From positions 9,935 to 73,934 of the forward strand of contig JAMWCW010000004.1 of assembly GCA_023819145.1 (NCBI GenBank): DNA of 64,000 nt. The letters are read 5' to 3'. Positions 9,258 to 19,775 of this stretch are shown here, piece after piece. Source of the DNA: Candidatus Omnitrophota bacterium (GTDB lineage Bacteria; Omnitrophota; Gorgyraeia; DTHP01). A program made the position numbers and the translations under genes. The number at the start of each line of letters is the position of its first letter. Position 1 is the first letter of the stretch. Under the pieces are notes generated by a model, which was not told the origin of the DNA, ran no database searches, and saw nothing but the letters and a program-made list of their open reading frames with translations.

Positions 9258-11260
9258 ATTCAGTAAATATGGAAAAGATGAAACTTTTGATAGCAATTCA
9301 TTCGCATCAACCTGTGGGGAATTTTGACCACGTTTTTGAAACCGCATTTAATAAGGCCTATCTTCCTTTTCTGGATGTTTTAGAAAAACATCCTCAGATT
9401 AAAATAGCTCTGCATTACTCCGGAAGTCTCTTGGATTGGTTAGAGCATAAAAAACCAGAGTTTATTCAACGTATCAAGAGATTAACCGAGAAAAAACAGA
9501 TAGAGATCCTCTCTGCGGGATATTATGAACCAATCCTCGTTCTTTTGAACGAAGAGGATAGAATTGGGCAGATAAAGCTTTTAAATGAAAAAATATTCCA
9601 TCTCTGGTCAGTTAAGCCACAGGGTGCCTGGCTTACGGAGAGAGTTTGGGAACCTGATTTGCCCAAGACTTTCAAAGAAGCAGATATAGCTTATACAATC
9701 GTGGATGATACACATTTTGAAAAAACAGGAAAAATGCGCGAAGAGCTCTGGGGGTATTACCTTACCGAATACGATAACAAGATTACCAAAATATTCCCCG
9801 GTTCGAAGTTTTTACGCTACGCATTACCTTTTAAGCTTCCTGATGAGACGATAGGTTATTTAAAACAATCTTTTAACATAGGAAGAAAGGCTATAACCTT
9901 TGCTGATGATGGAGAAAAATTTGGTCTCTGGCCAGGAACCTACAAATGGGTATATGAAGAGCACTGGTTAGAAAGGTTCTTTCAAATTATTGAAAATAAC
10001 GGCGAATGGTTGGAAACAGTAACTTTTAGTGAATATTTAGCAAAATTTCCTCCTACGGGAAGAATCTATTTACCCTGTGCAAGTTATGACGAGATGCTCG
10101 ATTGGTCAAACGGATATTTTAGGAATTTTTTGGCAAAATATCCTGAAGCAAACCATATGCACAAAAGGATGCTGGAAGTAAGCAGGAAAGTACAAAATGC
10201 AAAATGCAAAATGCAAAGTTTAGAATTTGAAGAGGCCAGACGTTATCTCTACATGTCCCAGAACAATGACAGTTATTGGCACGGTGTATTTGGGGGATTG
10301 TATCTAAACCATTTAAGATGCAGTGCCTACTCTAATCTTATCCGAGCAGAAAATATCGTGGAGAAATCCTGCTACAATAAAAATGATTGGTTAGATTACA
10401 AGACAGATGATTTCGATTGCGATGGGGCAAATGAGCTTATGCTGTCAAACAAACTACTCAAAATCTATATAGACTTAGAAGAAAAAGCTGGCATCTACGA
10501 GATTGACCATAAAGATAAAGAAATTAACATTGTAAATACTATCGCCCGAAGAAAGGAGAAATATCACGATAAAATAAGAGAAAAAATTCTTGCAAACACC
10601 GAATGTTCTACCCATCGCGAGAACACAGCCAGTATTCATGACATAGAAAAACACATACCGCGAGAATGGGAAGAGTTCCTGGTCTATGACCGTTATCGTA
10701 AAGGATGTCTCCTGGAACACTTTCTTAACGCTGATGTTACCAAAGAAAATTTTTTAAAGAATAATTACGAAGAAAAGGAATCTCTTCTTAATAGATATAT
10801 ATTGGATTCTGTAGACCAAAAGAGTAGTTTAATCAGAGTAAATTTAAAAAGGGAATTTTTTTGTGATGGGCTACCTTTTGAAATACAAAAAACTTTAATA
10901 CTGGAATCAAATATGAAGAGGATATCCTATGCTTATTCAATCTTAAATAAATCAAAAACATTTTGGAATGGAAAATTTGCAGTGGAATTCAATTTTTCCC
11001 TATGGGATAACCTTCTCTCATCTTTAGGAGAAAGAGACAATATAAATAATTTATTAATTAAAGATACTTGGTTTGGTATAGAGATAGAAATGAATTTTAA
11101 CAAACAGGGCAAGCTCTGGCACTTTCCGGTAGAAACAATCTATGAAACAGAAAGTGGTTTTGAGAAAACCTACCAAGAATTGGGGATTGTTCTTGTTTGG
11201 GAACTAAACTCCATCCCAGAGAAAGAATTTAGAATCTCAGGTGATTTTGAACTTAAATAG
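9254..11260 (+). CDS. Glycoside hydrolase family 57 protein (alpha-amylase / 4-alpha-glucanotransferase-like)
   Basis: 668 aa; N-terminal LLIAIHSHQPVGNFDHVFE...ALHYSGSLLDWLE and ...WLTERVWEP..., hallmark of the GH57 catalytic domain. Confidence 0.85.
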   Translation: MNSVNMEKMKLLIAIHSHQPVGNFDHVFETAFNKAYLPFLDVLEKHPQIKIALHYSGSLLDWLEHKKPEFIQRIKRLTEKKQIEILSAGYYEPILVLLNEEDRIGQIKLLNEKIFHLWSVKPQGAWLTERVWEPDLPKTFKEADIAYTIVDDTHFEKTGKMREELWGYYLTEYDNKITKIFPGSKFLRYALPFKLPDETIGYLKQSFNIGRKAITFADDGEKFGLWPGTYKWVYEEHWLERFFQIIENNGEWLETVTFSEYLAKFPPTGRIYLPCASYDEMLDWSNGYFRNFLAKYPEANHMHKRMLEVSRKVQNAKCKMQSLEFEEARRYLYMSQNNDSYWHGVFGGLYLNHLRCSAYSNLIRAENIVEKSCYNKNDWLDYKTDDFDCDGANELMLSNKLLKIYIDLEEKAGIYEIDHKDKEINIVNTIARRKEKYHDKIREKILANTECSTHRENTASIHDIEKHIPREWEEFLVYDRYRKGCLLEHFLNADVTKENFLKNNYEEKESLLNRYILDSVDQKSSLIRVNLKREFFCDGLPFEIQKTLILESNMKRISYAYSILNKSKTFWNGKFAVEFNFSLWDNLLSSLGERDNINNLLIKDTWFGIEIEMNFNKQGKLWHFPVETIYETESGFEKTYQELGIVLVWELNSIPEKEFRISGDFELK

Positions 11261-11261
11261 T

Positions 11262-11540
11262 ATGAAAAAAATAAAGAAAAAAATATTAGTCAGAAATAAG
11301 CAAGGGTTACACGCCCGACCTGCTGCTCTTTTTGTGCAATTGGCTAATAAATTCGAAGCAAATATTGTGGTGCGTAAAGATAAACTCACCGCCAATGGTA
11401 AATCAATTATGGGGATTCTTATGTTAGAAATAGGACCGGGAACAGAAATTTGGATTGAGGCAGAAGGAGAAGATGCGGAAAAAGCAGTTACCGCCTTAGA
11501 GAAAATCATTTTAGAGGAAGAAACGCAACTAATCAAATGA
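11262..11540 (+). CDS. ptsH: Phosphocarrier protein HPr
   Basis: KKILVRNKQGLHARPAALFVQLA...ANGKSIMGIL.LEIGPGTEIWIEAEGEDAEKAV; the HPr fold includes a His in the GLHARPA motif; the ORF track starts at GTG 11241, but ATG 11262 gives the canonical ~92 aa HPr. Confidence 0.85.
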   Translation: MKKIKKKILVRNKQGLHARPAALFVQLANKFEANIVVRKDKLTANGKSIMGILMLEIGPGTEIWIEAEGEDAEKAVTALEKIILEEETQLIK

Positions 11541-13315
11541 ATATGGAAGAGGAAATATTAAAAGACAAAGAAGAGAGGATTTTAAAAGGCATTCCTGCTT
11601 CCCCCGGAATAGCTATTGGACGTGCTTTTCTTATTGATACTGAAGAACCTACTATTCCTCGAAGAGAGATTTCAGATAAAGAACTACCCAGCGAAATAGC
11701 CAGATTTGAGGAAGCATTGATTCAGACAAGAAAAGAGATTTTAGAGATACAGAAAAAAATTGCGGAAGAAATGAGTTCAGACCATGCTGAGATATTTAAC
11801 GCTCATTTGCTTGTCCTGGAAGATAAAATGTTTTTAGAAGAGGTCATCTCACGGTTAAGAAAAGAAAAATTCACTGTAGAATACATCTTAGTAGATGTAA
11901 TAAAAAAATATATAAAGGTTTTCTCCAAAATGGATGACGAATATCTCAGGGAAAGAATCAGTGATATAGATGACGTTGGCAAGAGGATACTGCGCAACCT
12001 TATCGGACAACAACGACAGGATTTGAGTAAATTAAAAGATAAAGTAGTAGTCGTCGCATATAATCTTTCTCCTTCAGATACCGCTTTGATGCATAAAGAG
12101 AATGTGCTCGGTTTTGTTACCGACATAGGAGGACGCACTTCTCATACCGCAATCATGGCAAAATCTTTAGAGATTCCTGCGGTGGTAGGTTTAGAAAAAG
12201 TTAGCCGTTGGGTTAAAAACGGTGATTATCTTATTGTTAACGGTAATGAAGGAATAGTAATTATCAATCCCCAAGAAGAAACCTTAAGTAAATACGAAGA
12301 AGAATTATTAAGATTTAAAGAATTTACACGTAGATTAGAAGGCCTGAAGGACCTCCCCGCAGAAACTTTAGATGGTTACAGAGTAAAAATAGCAGCAAAT
12401 ATTGAATCTCCCCAAGAAATTCCTTCTGTGCTTGCGCATGGTGCTTTTGGAATAGGACTTTATAGAACAGAGTATTTCTATATGAACCGAAAAGATTTGC
12501 CATCGGAAGAAGAACAATACGAGGCATACCGCCGAGTAGCAATTCAGATGGCTCCTAATCCGGTTACGATAAGGACTCTAGACTTGGGAGGAGATAAATT
12601 TATTTCTCAATTAGAAATACCTTACGAGATAAATCCTTTTATGGGGTGGAGGGCAATAAGATTCTGTTTAGCAAAACCAGATATATTTAAAACGCAACTT
12701 AAAGCAATCTTAAGGGCTTCGGTAGATGGAAAACTTCGACTGATGTATCCTTTAATTTCGGGAATAGAAGAACTACATCAGGCTAATGCTATTTTAGAAG
12801 AAGTTAAAAAAGAATTAAATGAAAAAAATATTCCTTTTGATAAAAATTTGGAAGTGGGTGTAATGATAGAGGTTCCTTCTGCCGCAGTTACAAGCGATAT
12901 TTTGGCAAAAGAAGTAGACTTCTTCAGTGTGGGCACAAACGACCTTATTCAATATTCATTAGCAGTGGATAGGGTAAATGAAAAAATTGCTTATCTTTAT
13001 GAACCTGCTCACCCTGCAATCATAAGAATAATCAGAAATATTATTAATTCTGCCCATGCAGAAGGAATCTGGGTAGGAATGTGTGGGGAGATGGCTGGTG
13101 AAATACTCTTTATCCCCGTTCTTTTAGGGCTGGGGTTAGATGAATTCAGTGTCAGTCCCGTAAGTGTTCCGGAAGTCAAACAGGTTATCCGCGCAATAAC
13201 TCTTACCCAAGCCAAAGAGATTGCCCAAGAGTGCCTTTCCTTGTCCACCAGTGAAGACATCCTGAGATTTTTAAAGCTAAAATTGAAAGAAATTATCCCA
13301 GAAATAATCATCTAA
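11537..13315 (+). CDS. ptsI: Phosphoenolpyruvate-protein phosphotransferase (PTS enzyme I)
   Basis: 592 aa; GGRTSHTAIMAKSLEIPAVVG (phospho-His domain) and a PEP-utilising C-terminal TIM barrel (SVGTNDLIQY). Confidence 0.9.
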   Translation: MNMEEEILKDKEERILKGIPASPGIAIGRAFLIDTEEPTIPRREISDKELPSEIARFEEALIQTRKEILEIQKKIAEEMSSDHAEIFNAHLLVLEDKMFLEEVISRLRKEKFTVEYILVDVIKKYIKVFSKMDDEYLRERISDIDDVGKRILRNLIGQQRQDLSKLKDKVVVVAYNLSPSDTALMHKENVLGFVTDIGGRTSHTAIMAKSLEIPAVVGLEKVSRWVKNGDYLIVNGNEGIVIINPQEETLSKYEEELLRFKEFTRRLEGLKDLPAETLDGYRVKIAANIESPQEIPSVLAHGAFGIGLYRTEYFYMNRKDLPSEEEQYEAYRRVAIQMAPNPVTIRTLDLGGDKFISQLEIPYEINPFMGWRAIRFCLAKPDIFKTQLKAILRASVDGKLRLMYPLISGIEELHQANAILEEVKKELNEKNIPFDKNLEVGVMIEVPSAAVTSDILAKEVDFFSVGTNDLIQYSLAVDRVNEKIAYLYEPAHPAIIRIIRNIINSAHAEGIWVGMCGEMAGEILFIPVLLGLGLDEFSVSPVSVPEVKQVIRAITLTQAKEIAQECLSLSTSEDILRFLKLKLKEIIPEIII

Positions 13316-13324
13316 AGATAAACT

Positions 13325-14389
13325 ATGCTTGATTTAATTAAGAAATTTGACTCTGCAGATATGCTCACTATGCTACAAAACTTCCCCCAGCAATGCAGGG
13401 ATGCTTTCATGTTGGGCAAAGGAATAGAACTTCCTTCCTCATACCATCAATTCAATAATATAGTTTTCTCAGGTATGGGAGGTTCAGCTATTGGAGGAGA
13501 CATCATCCGCACTTACTGCTTGTACAAATTAAATCTACCTATCTTTGTATTCCGCAACTATAATCTTCCCAGTTTTATTAATGAAGATACCTTATTTTTT
13601 GCCTGCAGTTATTCCGGAAATACCGAAGAGACCATTGCTTCTTTCCAAGAAGCAAGAAGAAAAAAAGCAAAAATAGTCGTTATTTCTTCTGGCGGAGAAC
13701 TCATTACTTTAGCCCAGAGGAAAAACATCCCTTTTATAAAAATTCCCTCCGGATACCCACCACGTCAATCATTAGGATATTTTGTATTTGTTCCTCTTTA
13801 CCTCTTACAAAAGATTAAGATATTAAATAACTTAGAGCCAGAATTAGAAGAGACCTTCTATCTTTTGGAAAGGATGCGCGATAAAAAACTTAGTCCAGAA
13901 ATCAAGAAAGAAAACATTGCTTTTGACACCGCCTTGCTTATGTTAAACAGGTTTCCAGTAATTTATAGCCAAATAGATTACTTAGATGTTGTTTCTATGC
14001 GTTGGCGAGCACAATTAGCAGAGAACTCCAAGGTGCTTTCTTCTATAAATTTCTTACCTGAGTTAAATCATAATGAAATAGTGGGCTGGCGATTTCCAAA
14101 ATCTGTGCTTAAAAATTTCATAATCTTCTTACTAAGGGATAACACTGAACAAGCACGGATAAGACTGAGAATAGAGATAACCAAGGAGCTTCTCAAAAAG
14201 GACGGTTTCCTAATTAAAGAGGTTCGTGCAGAAGGCAGGTCGCTGATGGCAAGGATTTTATCTCTTATCTATATCGGAGACTTTGTTAGTTACTATTTAG
14301 CTATTTTGAACCAGATAGACCCTACACCTGTAAAGCCAATTGCTTATTTAAAGAAAAGATTAGCAAAAATTAGTCATAAAGGTAAATAA
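13325..14389 (+). CDS. Bifunctional phosphoglucose/phosphomannose isomerase (archaeal-type SIS-domain PGI/PMI)
   Basis: 354 aa; FSGMGGSAIGGDIIRTY...FFACSYSGNTEET SIS motifs in the arrangement typical of the PGI/PMI family. Confidence 0.75.
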   Translation: MLDLIKKFDSADMLTMLQNFPQQCRDAFMLGKGIELPSSYHQFNNIVFSGMGGSAIGGDIIRTYCLYKLNLPIFVFRNYNLPSFINEDTLFFACSYSGNTEETIASFQEARRKKAKIVVISSGGELITLAQRKNIPFIKIPSGYPPRQSLGYFVFVPLYLLQKIKILNNLEPELEETFYLLERMRDKKLSPEIKKENIAFDTALLMLNRFPVIYSQIDYLDVVSMRWRAQLAENSKVLSSINFLPELNHNEIVGWRFPKSVLKNFIIFLLRDNTEQARIRLRIEITKELLKKDGFLIKEVRAEGRSLMARILSLIYIGDFVSYYLAILNQIDPTPVKPIAYLKKRLAKISHKGK

Positions 14390-14390
14390 G

Positions 14391-15137
14391 ATGAAAGCAA
14401 TAATCTTAGCAGCAGGATATGCTACAAGACTTTATCCCCTTACTATAAATTTGCCCAAGGCATTACTTAAAATAGATAACAAACCCATTGTTGAATTTAT
14501 AGTAAACAAATTAGAGAAAATTAAAGAGATAGATGAACTTGTCATCGTAAGCAACAATAGATTTTATGCTTTATTCGAAGAATGGCTCAAGAAAATAAAT
14601 TTTAGTAAAAAAACCAGTCTCATTAACGATTTAACCAATGCCGAGGAAAACCGTTTAGGAGCCTTAGGAGATCTTGACTTCGCAATTAAAAAATCTAATA
14701 TAGATACCGATATTCTGGTTATTGCCGGAGATAATATTTTTGACTTTGATTTAGAGAACTTTATTAAATTCTCTCAAAGAAATCATAGTATAAATATAGG
14801 AATTTTTGATATAAAATGTGTTGATTGTGCTAAAAAATTTGGGGTAGTGGAAATAGATACCTCTAATCGAGTTACTAAATTCGTAGAAAAACCAAATAAA
14901 CCTTTCTCTACACTTATTGGAATAGGGATCTATTTTCTTCCCAAATTTGCTATCAATTTTGTAAAGGCGTATCTGGCCCAGAATAACCCTCAAGACGCCT
15001 TGGGTCACTTTTTAGAATATCTGCTTAAAAATAAAATAGAAATTCTGGGTCATAAATTTGCAGGGAAATGGTTTGATATCGGAGACGTCGAAGCTTACGA
15101 AGAAGCACAGAAATATTTTGGTAAAGAAAGGACTTAA
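14391..15137 (+). CDS. Sugar-phosphate nucleotidyltransferase (NTP_transferase family; mannose-1-P/glucose-1-P nucleotidyltransferase-like)
   Basis: 248 aa; N-terminal [28 protein letters not shown] nucleotide-binding signature; follows PGI/PMI, consistent with an NDP-sugar pathway. Confidence 0.75.
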   Translation: MKAIILAAGYATRLYPLTINLPKALLKIDNKPIVEFIVNKLEKIKEIDELVIVSNNRFYALFEEWLKKINFSKKTSLINDLTNAEENRLGALGDLDFAIKKSNIDTDILVIAGDNIFDFDLENFIKFSQRNHSINIGIFDIKCVDCAKKFGVVEIDTSNRVTKFVEKPNKPFSTLIGIGIYFLPKFAINFVKAYLAQNNPQDALGHFLEYLLKNKIEILGHKFAGKWFDIGDVEAYEEAQKYFGKERT

Positions 15138-15138
15138 T

Positions 15139-16299
15139 ATGGAAAGAAAAAGATATTTACTTACCTCTGAATCCGTGACAGAAGGGCATCCCGATAAACT
15201 TTGCGACCAGATTTCGGATGCTGTTCTTGATGAAGTTTTGAGACAGGATAAGAATGGTCGTGTTGCTTGTGAAACCTATGTTACGATGGGATTAATTATT
15301 GTAGGAGGAGAGATTACTACCTCGGGGTATGTAGATACGCATAAACTCGTGCGGAAACTTTTATATAATATCGGTTATACCCATCCTTGCTATGGCCTGG
15401 ATTACAATACCTGTGCTATCCTAAATGCTATTCATACTCAATCACCCGACATTGCCCAAGGAGTGAATCGAGGAGGCGCGGGAGACCAAGGAATTATGGT
15501 TGGCTACGCCTGTCGAGAAACTGAAGAATTTATGCCTCTGCCTATAGTTTTGGCCCATCGTTTAGTAAGGAGAATGGCCGAAGTGAGAAGAAAGAAAATT
15601 TTAGGATATTTAGGTCCGGACGGAAAATCTCAAATAACGGTAGAGTATGATAATGGTAAACCTTTACGTGTGGATTCGGTAGTTTTGGCCTGTCAACATA
15701 CTGAAGATATTTTGGATAAAACGAAACAGCAGATAACTAAAGAGGCGAGAAAAGAAATTATTAATACTATAGCCTTCCCAGTTTTAGGAAAATTCGTTGA
15801 TAAAAAAACAAAATTTTACGTAAATGAAACGGGAAAATTCGTTATCGGTGGTCCTCAGTCCGACACAGGAATGACGGGAAGAAAGATTGTTGTAGATACA
15901 TACGGAGGAATAATTTCCCATGGGGGAGGAGCATTTTCTGGAAAAGATCCCACAAAAGTAGACCGTTCTGCTAGTTATATGGCAAGATACCTTGCTAAAA
16001 ATATCGTTGCCGCAGAAATTGCAGAAAAGTGTTGTGTACAACTTGCCTATGTCATTGGACAAGCAGAACCTTTAGCAATCTATGTGGATACCTATGGAAC
16101 AGGTAAAATCCCTGAAGAAAAAATCATTAAAATTATTAAAAAACACTTTTCTTTAACTCCTCAAGGTATAATTGAAACACTTAACCTTTTAAGACCCATC
16201 TATCTTAAAACCGCCTGTTATGGACATTTTGGCAGAAATGAACCGGAATTCAGCTGGGAGAAATTGGACAAGGTAAAGGAAATTCAAAAATCTACATAG
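15139..16299 (+). CDS. metK: S-adenosylmethionine synthetase
   Basis: [28 protein letters not shown]...[19 protein letters not shown]; textbook MetK motifs; the longer ORF-track start (15058) overlaps the upstream gene and is rejected. Confidence 0.95.
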   Translation: MERKRYLLTSESVTEGHPDKLCDQISDAVLDEVLRQDKNGRVACETYVTMGLIIVGGEITTSGYVDTHKLVRKLLYNIGYTHPCYGLDYNTCAILNAIHTQSPDIAQGVNRGGAGDQGIMVGYACRETEEFMPLPIVLAHRLVRRMAEVRRKKILGYLGPDGKSQITVEYDNGKPLRVDSVVLACQHTEDILDKTKQQITKEARKEIINTIAFPVLGKFVDKKTKFYVNETGKFVIGGPQSDTGMTGRKIVVDTYGGIISHGGGAFSGKDPTKVDRSASYMARYLAKNIVAAEIAEKCCVQLAYVIGQAEPLAIYVDTYGTGKIPEEKIIKIIKKHFSLTPQGIIETLNLLRPIYLKTACYGHFGRNEPEFSWEKLDKVKEIQKST

Positions 16300-16309
16300 G
16301 AGAAATAAG

Positions 16310-17578
16310 ATGCGGTACGAGATAAAAGATATCAATTTAGCAAAGAAAGGTTCTTTAAGGATTGAATGGGCAAGAAATAATATGCCGGTATTAAGATTAA
16401 TCGGCGAGAGATTTGCTAAAGAAAAAACGCTTAGAGGAATTAGAATTTCTGCCTGTCTGCATGTTACCACAGAAACTGCCGTGTTGATGGAGATTCTAAA
16501 GAAAGGAGGAGCAGAAATAGCTTTATGCGCCTCTAATCCTTCATCCACCCAGGATGATGTCGCAGCCAGTTTAATCAAAAATTCTAAAATATCCGTATTT
16601 GCTATAAAAGGAGAGGATAAAAAAACTTATTATCGCCATATAAACTCTTGTTTAGCCATAGAGCCTCAAATTACCATGGACGATGGAGCAGATTTGGTTT
16701 CTACCATTCATAAGCACACGAGAATATCGGCGCACCCACGCACCAGCTTACCCTGGGGAGGAACGGAAGAAACTACTACCGGAGTAATTAGATTAAGGGC
16801 ATTAGAGAAAGAAGGAAAATTAAAATACCCGATTATTGCCGTAAATGATGCCCAAACCAAACATCTTTTTGATAACCGCTATGGAACCGGACAATCTACA
16901 CTCGATGGAATAATCCGGGCAACCAATCGGTTAATCGCTGGGACAAATTTCGTCGTCTGTGGTTATGGGTGGTGTGGAAAAGGTGTAGCGATGCGTGCTA
17001 AAGGTATGGGGGCTAATGTAATTATATGCGAAACTAAACCCTTGAAAGCACTAGAAGCGTGTTTGGATGGATACCAGGTAATGCCCTTAAAAGAAGCAGT
17101 CAGAATAGCAGATATATTGGTTACAGTAACAGGAAATGTCAAAGTGTTAAGTAAAGATTATTTTCTATCGATGAAAGAGGGCGTCATCTTGGCTAACGCT
17201 GGACACTTCAATGTAGAAATCGATATCCCTACCCTTAATAAACTAAGTATAAAAAAGAAGAAAATTAGGGAATTTGTAGAAGAATATACTCTTAAGAATA
17301 ATAGAAAAATTTATCTTTTAGGCGAGGGCCGGTTGATAAATCTTGTTTCTGCTGAAGGTCATCCTGCCCAGGTTATGGACCTGAGTTTTGCCAATCAGGC
17401 GTTAGCGGTGGAATACATTAAGAATTATGGTAAAAGATTAAAAAAGAAAGTCTATCCTGTACCTGAGGACATTGATGATTCTATAGCTTTACTTAAATTA
17501 AGAACTATTGGAGTAAAAATAGATAGTCTTACTTACGAACAAAAAAAATATCTTTCTTCTTGGAAATTAGGAACTTGA
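16310..17578 (+). CDS. ahcY: Adenosylhomocysteinase (S-adenosyl-L-homocysteine hydrolase)
   Basis: 422 aa; NAD-binding [25 protein letters not shown] and catalytic-domain motifs; adjacent to metK (activated methyl cycle). Confidence 0.9.
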   Translation: MRYEIKDINLAKKGSLRIEWARNNMPVLRLIGERFAKEKTLRGIRISACLHVTTETAVLMEILKKGGAEIALCASNPSSTQDDVAASLIKNSKISVFAIKGEDKKTYYRHINSCLAIEPQITMDDGADLVSTIHKHTRISAHPRTSLPWGGTEETTTGVIRLRALEKEGKLKYPIIAVNDAQTKHLFDNRYGTGQSTLDGIIRATNRLIAGTNFVVCGYGWCGKGVAMRAKGMGANVIICETKPLKALEACLDGYQVMPLKEAVRIADILVTVTGNVKVLSKDYFLSMKEGVILANAGHFNVEIDIPTLNKLSIKKKKIREFVEEYTLKNNRKIYLLGEGRLINLVSAEGHPAQVMDLSFANQALAVEYIKNYGKRLKKKVYPVPEDIDDSIALLKLRTIGVKIDSLTYEQKKYLSSWKLGT

Positions 17579-17587
17579 TTTAAAATA

Positions 17588-18670
17588 TTAATGGGGACTC
17601 TTTTTTATAAGAATTATGCTAAAAACTATAAAAACAAAAGGAACCAGCCATGCAGAAATACAAGGAGGAAGCATTCCTGCCTTAGCGAGCCCAAGACTTA
17701 CGGCGTTCATTCCATAGAATAAAATTCCTGTAGCAAACGCTATCCCCACACACATAAATTTGCCAATACTCTGGCGGACGAGTCCATAAGGTATACCTAA
17801 AAGAATAAGTATAAATACATAAAATGGAAAAACTCTTTTTTGTTCCAATTCTACTAAGAAACGACGCACTATCTTATCCGAGCTACCCTTAAATCTCTCC
17901 ACATAATCTCGAAGTTGATCACTGCTCATTGCTTCGGCAATGATATCGTTGCGAATGATATCCTGGGGTGATTCGGTCAATTGCATCTCTCGGTCTTCAC
18001 GAAAATCAGGTTCACCCAAAAAATGCCCTTCTGGGTCTAAACGATAGATCACAATACCATAGAGTTTCCATGTTTTCTCTTCCCATATTGCTAACCTTGC
18101 AGTAATTTTGGTAGTAAGTATTTGTTTTCTATCGTGTTCCAAGATAACAAGGTCATAGAGAATTTTCTTCTCCATATCATATCGACGTGCATAAATAATT
18201 CTATTATCTTTTCCATAAAGTGTAACATTTTCAATATAACCTCTTTGTAGTTTATTTTTTTCGAAATTTTCCTTTAGGTTATAGGTAATTCTAAATGCAT
18301 GAGGATTTACTTTTTCGTTCAGAATATAGGTAAGAATACTTAACATAAGGCCGATTACAAAATATGGCCTTATAATCTTAAATAGACCAATTCCACAGGA
18401 ATGCATTGCAGTTATTTCATTGTATCTCTGCAGGTTACCCAGTGAATATATACTTGCCAATAATCCTGAAAAAGGTAATACCTGAACAAAGATAATGGGA
18501 AGATAGTTAAAATAATAGTTCAGAATAAACCTTAATTCTACTTTAGCCCGAATAAATTCATCGAGGTGTCCGAATATATCGATGATAACAAAAAGCAAAA
18601 CAAAAGAGGCACTGATGTAAATAAGGGGAAGAAGAAAATTTTTTAAGATATATTTTTCAATTATTCTCAT
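17588..18670 (-). CDS. LptF/LptG family LPS export permease (YjgP/YjgQ)
   Basis: 360 aa; 6-TM topology with a periplasmic beta-jellyroll insert between TM3 and TM4; paired with a second paralog upstream. Confidence 0.75.
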   Translation of the reverse strand: MRIIEKYILKNFLLPLIYISASFVLLFVIIDIFGHLDEFIRAKVELRFILNYYFNYLPIIFVQVLPFSGLLASIYSLGNLQRYNEITAMHSCGIGLFKIIRPYFVIGLMLSILTYILNEKVNPHAFRITYNLKENFEKNKLQRGYIENVTLYGKDNRIIYARRYDMEKKILYDLVILEHDRKQILTTKITARLAIWEEKTWKLYGIVIYRLDPEGHFLGEPDFREDREMQLTESPQDIIRNDIIAEAMSSDQLRDYVERFKGSSDKIVRRFLVELEQKRVFPFYVFILILLGIPYGLVRQSIGKFMCVGIAFATGILFYGMNAVSLGLAKAGMLPPCISAWLVPFVFIVFSIILIKKSPH

Positions 18671-18676
18671 TATTTA

Positions 18677-19771
18677 TTAATTTTTATATACATAAATATT
18701 TAAAATTACCCCCATAATCCCTAATATAATATTAGCCAACCACATTGCCAAAGGCGGTTTTACCAATCTTTGAATAGCCAGTGCTTCTCCACCAATCATT
18801 ATAAGATAATACAATCCTAAAACTACTAAACTCAAACCAAAGGCAACCGCGCCCGTTCTTCTTTTTGTAAGAACACCTAACGGAAAACCAACAAATACAA
18901 AAACAAGACAGGCAAAAGATAAGGCAATCTTTTTATGTATCTCTGTCTCAATAGGTGATATGTCTATATTCTTGATAGAAAGTTTTTCTTTCTCACTTAT
19001 CAATTCTTGTATATTCATCTCCTTGGGTTTCTTATTTATGGTTTCTTCCATAAACTCAACAGGTATTTTCAAGTTTATGGTATAAGTCTTAAAATTAAGT
19101 TTATAAAATCGTCTGGGATCGTTGGGGCTAGGTTCATCAGAAGTTCCTACGAACAGCTCCAGCTTAACTGTTTTTTTATCGGTTAAAGTCGTTATCTTAC
19201 CCTGTTGTGCAATAATTGTCCTCGGCAATCCATCTTCTTTTAACTCATATATTCTTATATTGTAGAGCATATTTCCATTAATACCATAAAAGAACAAAAT
19301 ATAATTCTCAAAATTCCTGATAAAAGTGCCGGGCTCAAAATAAGCGGTCGGATTTTTAATCCCTACCTGTTTTATAATTTTACGAGATGCAAAACGGGCA
19401 TAGGGAATTATCTCATTATTAAGAATAAGTGAGAAAAGGCTAAAAATCACTCCTGTAAGCACTAAAGGTAATTCTAAATGAAAAATATTTATACCACTGG
19501 CTTTGATAGCAGTTATCTCTAAATCCGAAGACAACCTCCCTAAACCAAGGAGAAGAGCAGTAAGGATGGCCATAGGTAATATATAACTTATAAGAGAAGG
19601 AATCTGCCAAAGGAATAATCTCATTACATCTAATAAAGAAATCCCTTTAATAATTATGAGTTCTATTAATCTTATAATATTTCCGCTCACAAGAACAAAA
19701 GTAAAGATGAACATATACAGCCAGAAAGGTTTAGCAACTTCACCAAATATGTAATTTCTCAAAATTCTCAT
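18677..19771 (-). CDS. LptF/LptG family LPS export permease (YjgP/YjgQ)
   Basis: 364 aa; same architecture as the downstream paralog; the tandem lptF/lptG arrangement is typical. Confidence 0.75.
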   Translation of the reverse strand: MRILRNYIFGEVAKPFWLYMFIFTFVLVSGNIIRLIELIIIKGISLLDVMRLFLWQIPSLISYILPMAILTALLLGLGRLSSDLEITAIKASGINIFHLELPLVLTGVIFSLFSLILNNEIIPYARFASRKIIKQVGIKNPTAYFEPGTFIRNFENYILFFYGINGNMLYNIRIYELKEDGLPRTIIAQQGKITTLTDKKTVKLELFVGTSDEPSPNDPRRFYKLNFKTYTINLKIPVEFMEETINKKPKEMNIQELISEKEKLSIKNIDISPIETEIHKKIALSFACLVFVFVGFPLGVLTKRRTGAVAFGLSLVVLGLYYLIMIGGEALAIQRLVKPPLAMWLANIILGIMGVILNIYVYKN

Positions 19772-19775
19772 TTTT

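Noticed and set aside
15058-15138. Longer N-terminal start for metK (ORF track 15058)
   Set aside because: The extension overlaps the upstream nucleotidyltransferase gene and is not homologous to MetK; ATG 15139 gives the canonical [14 protein letters not shown]-terminus.
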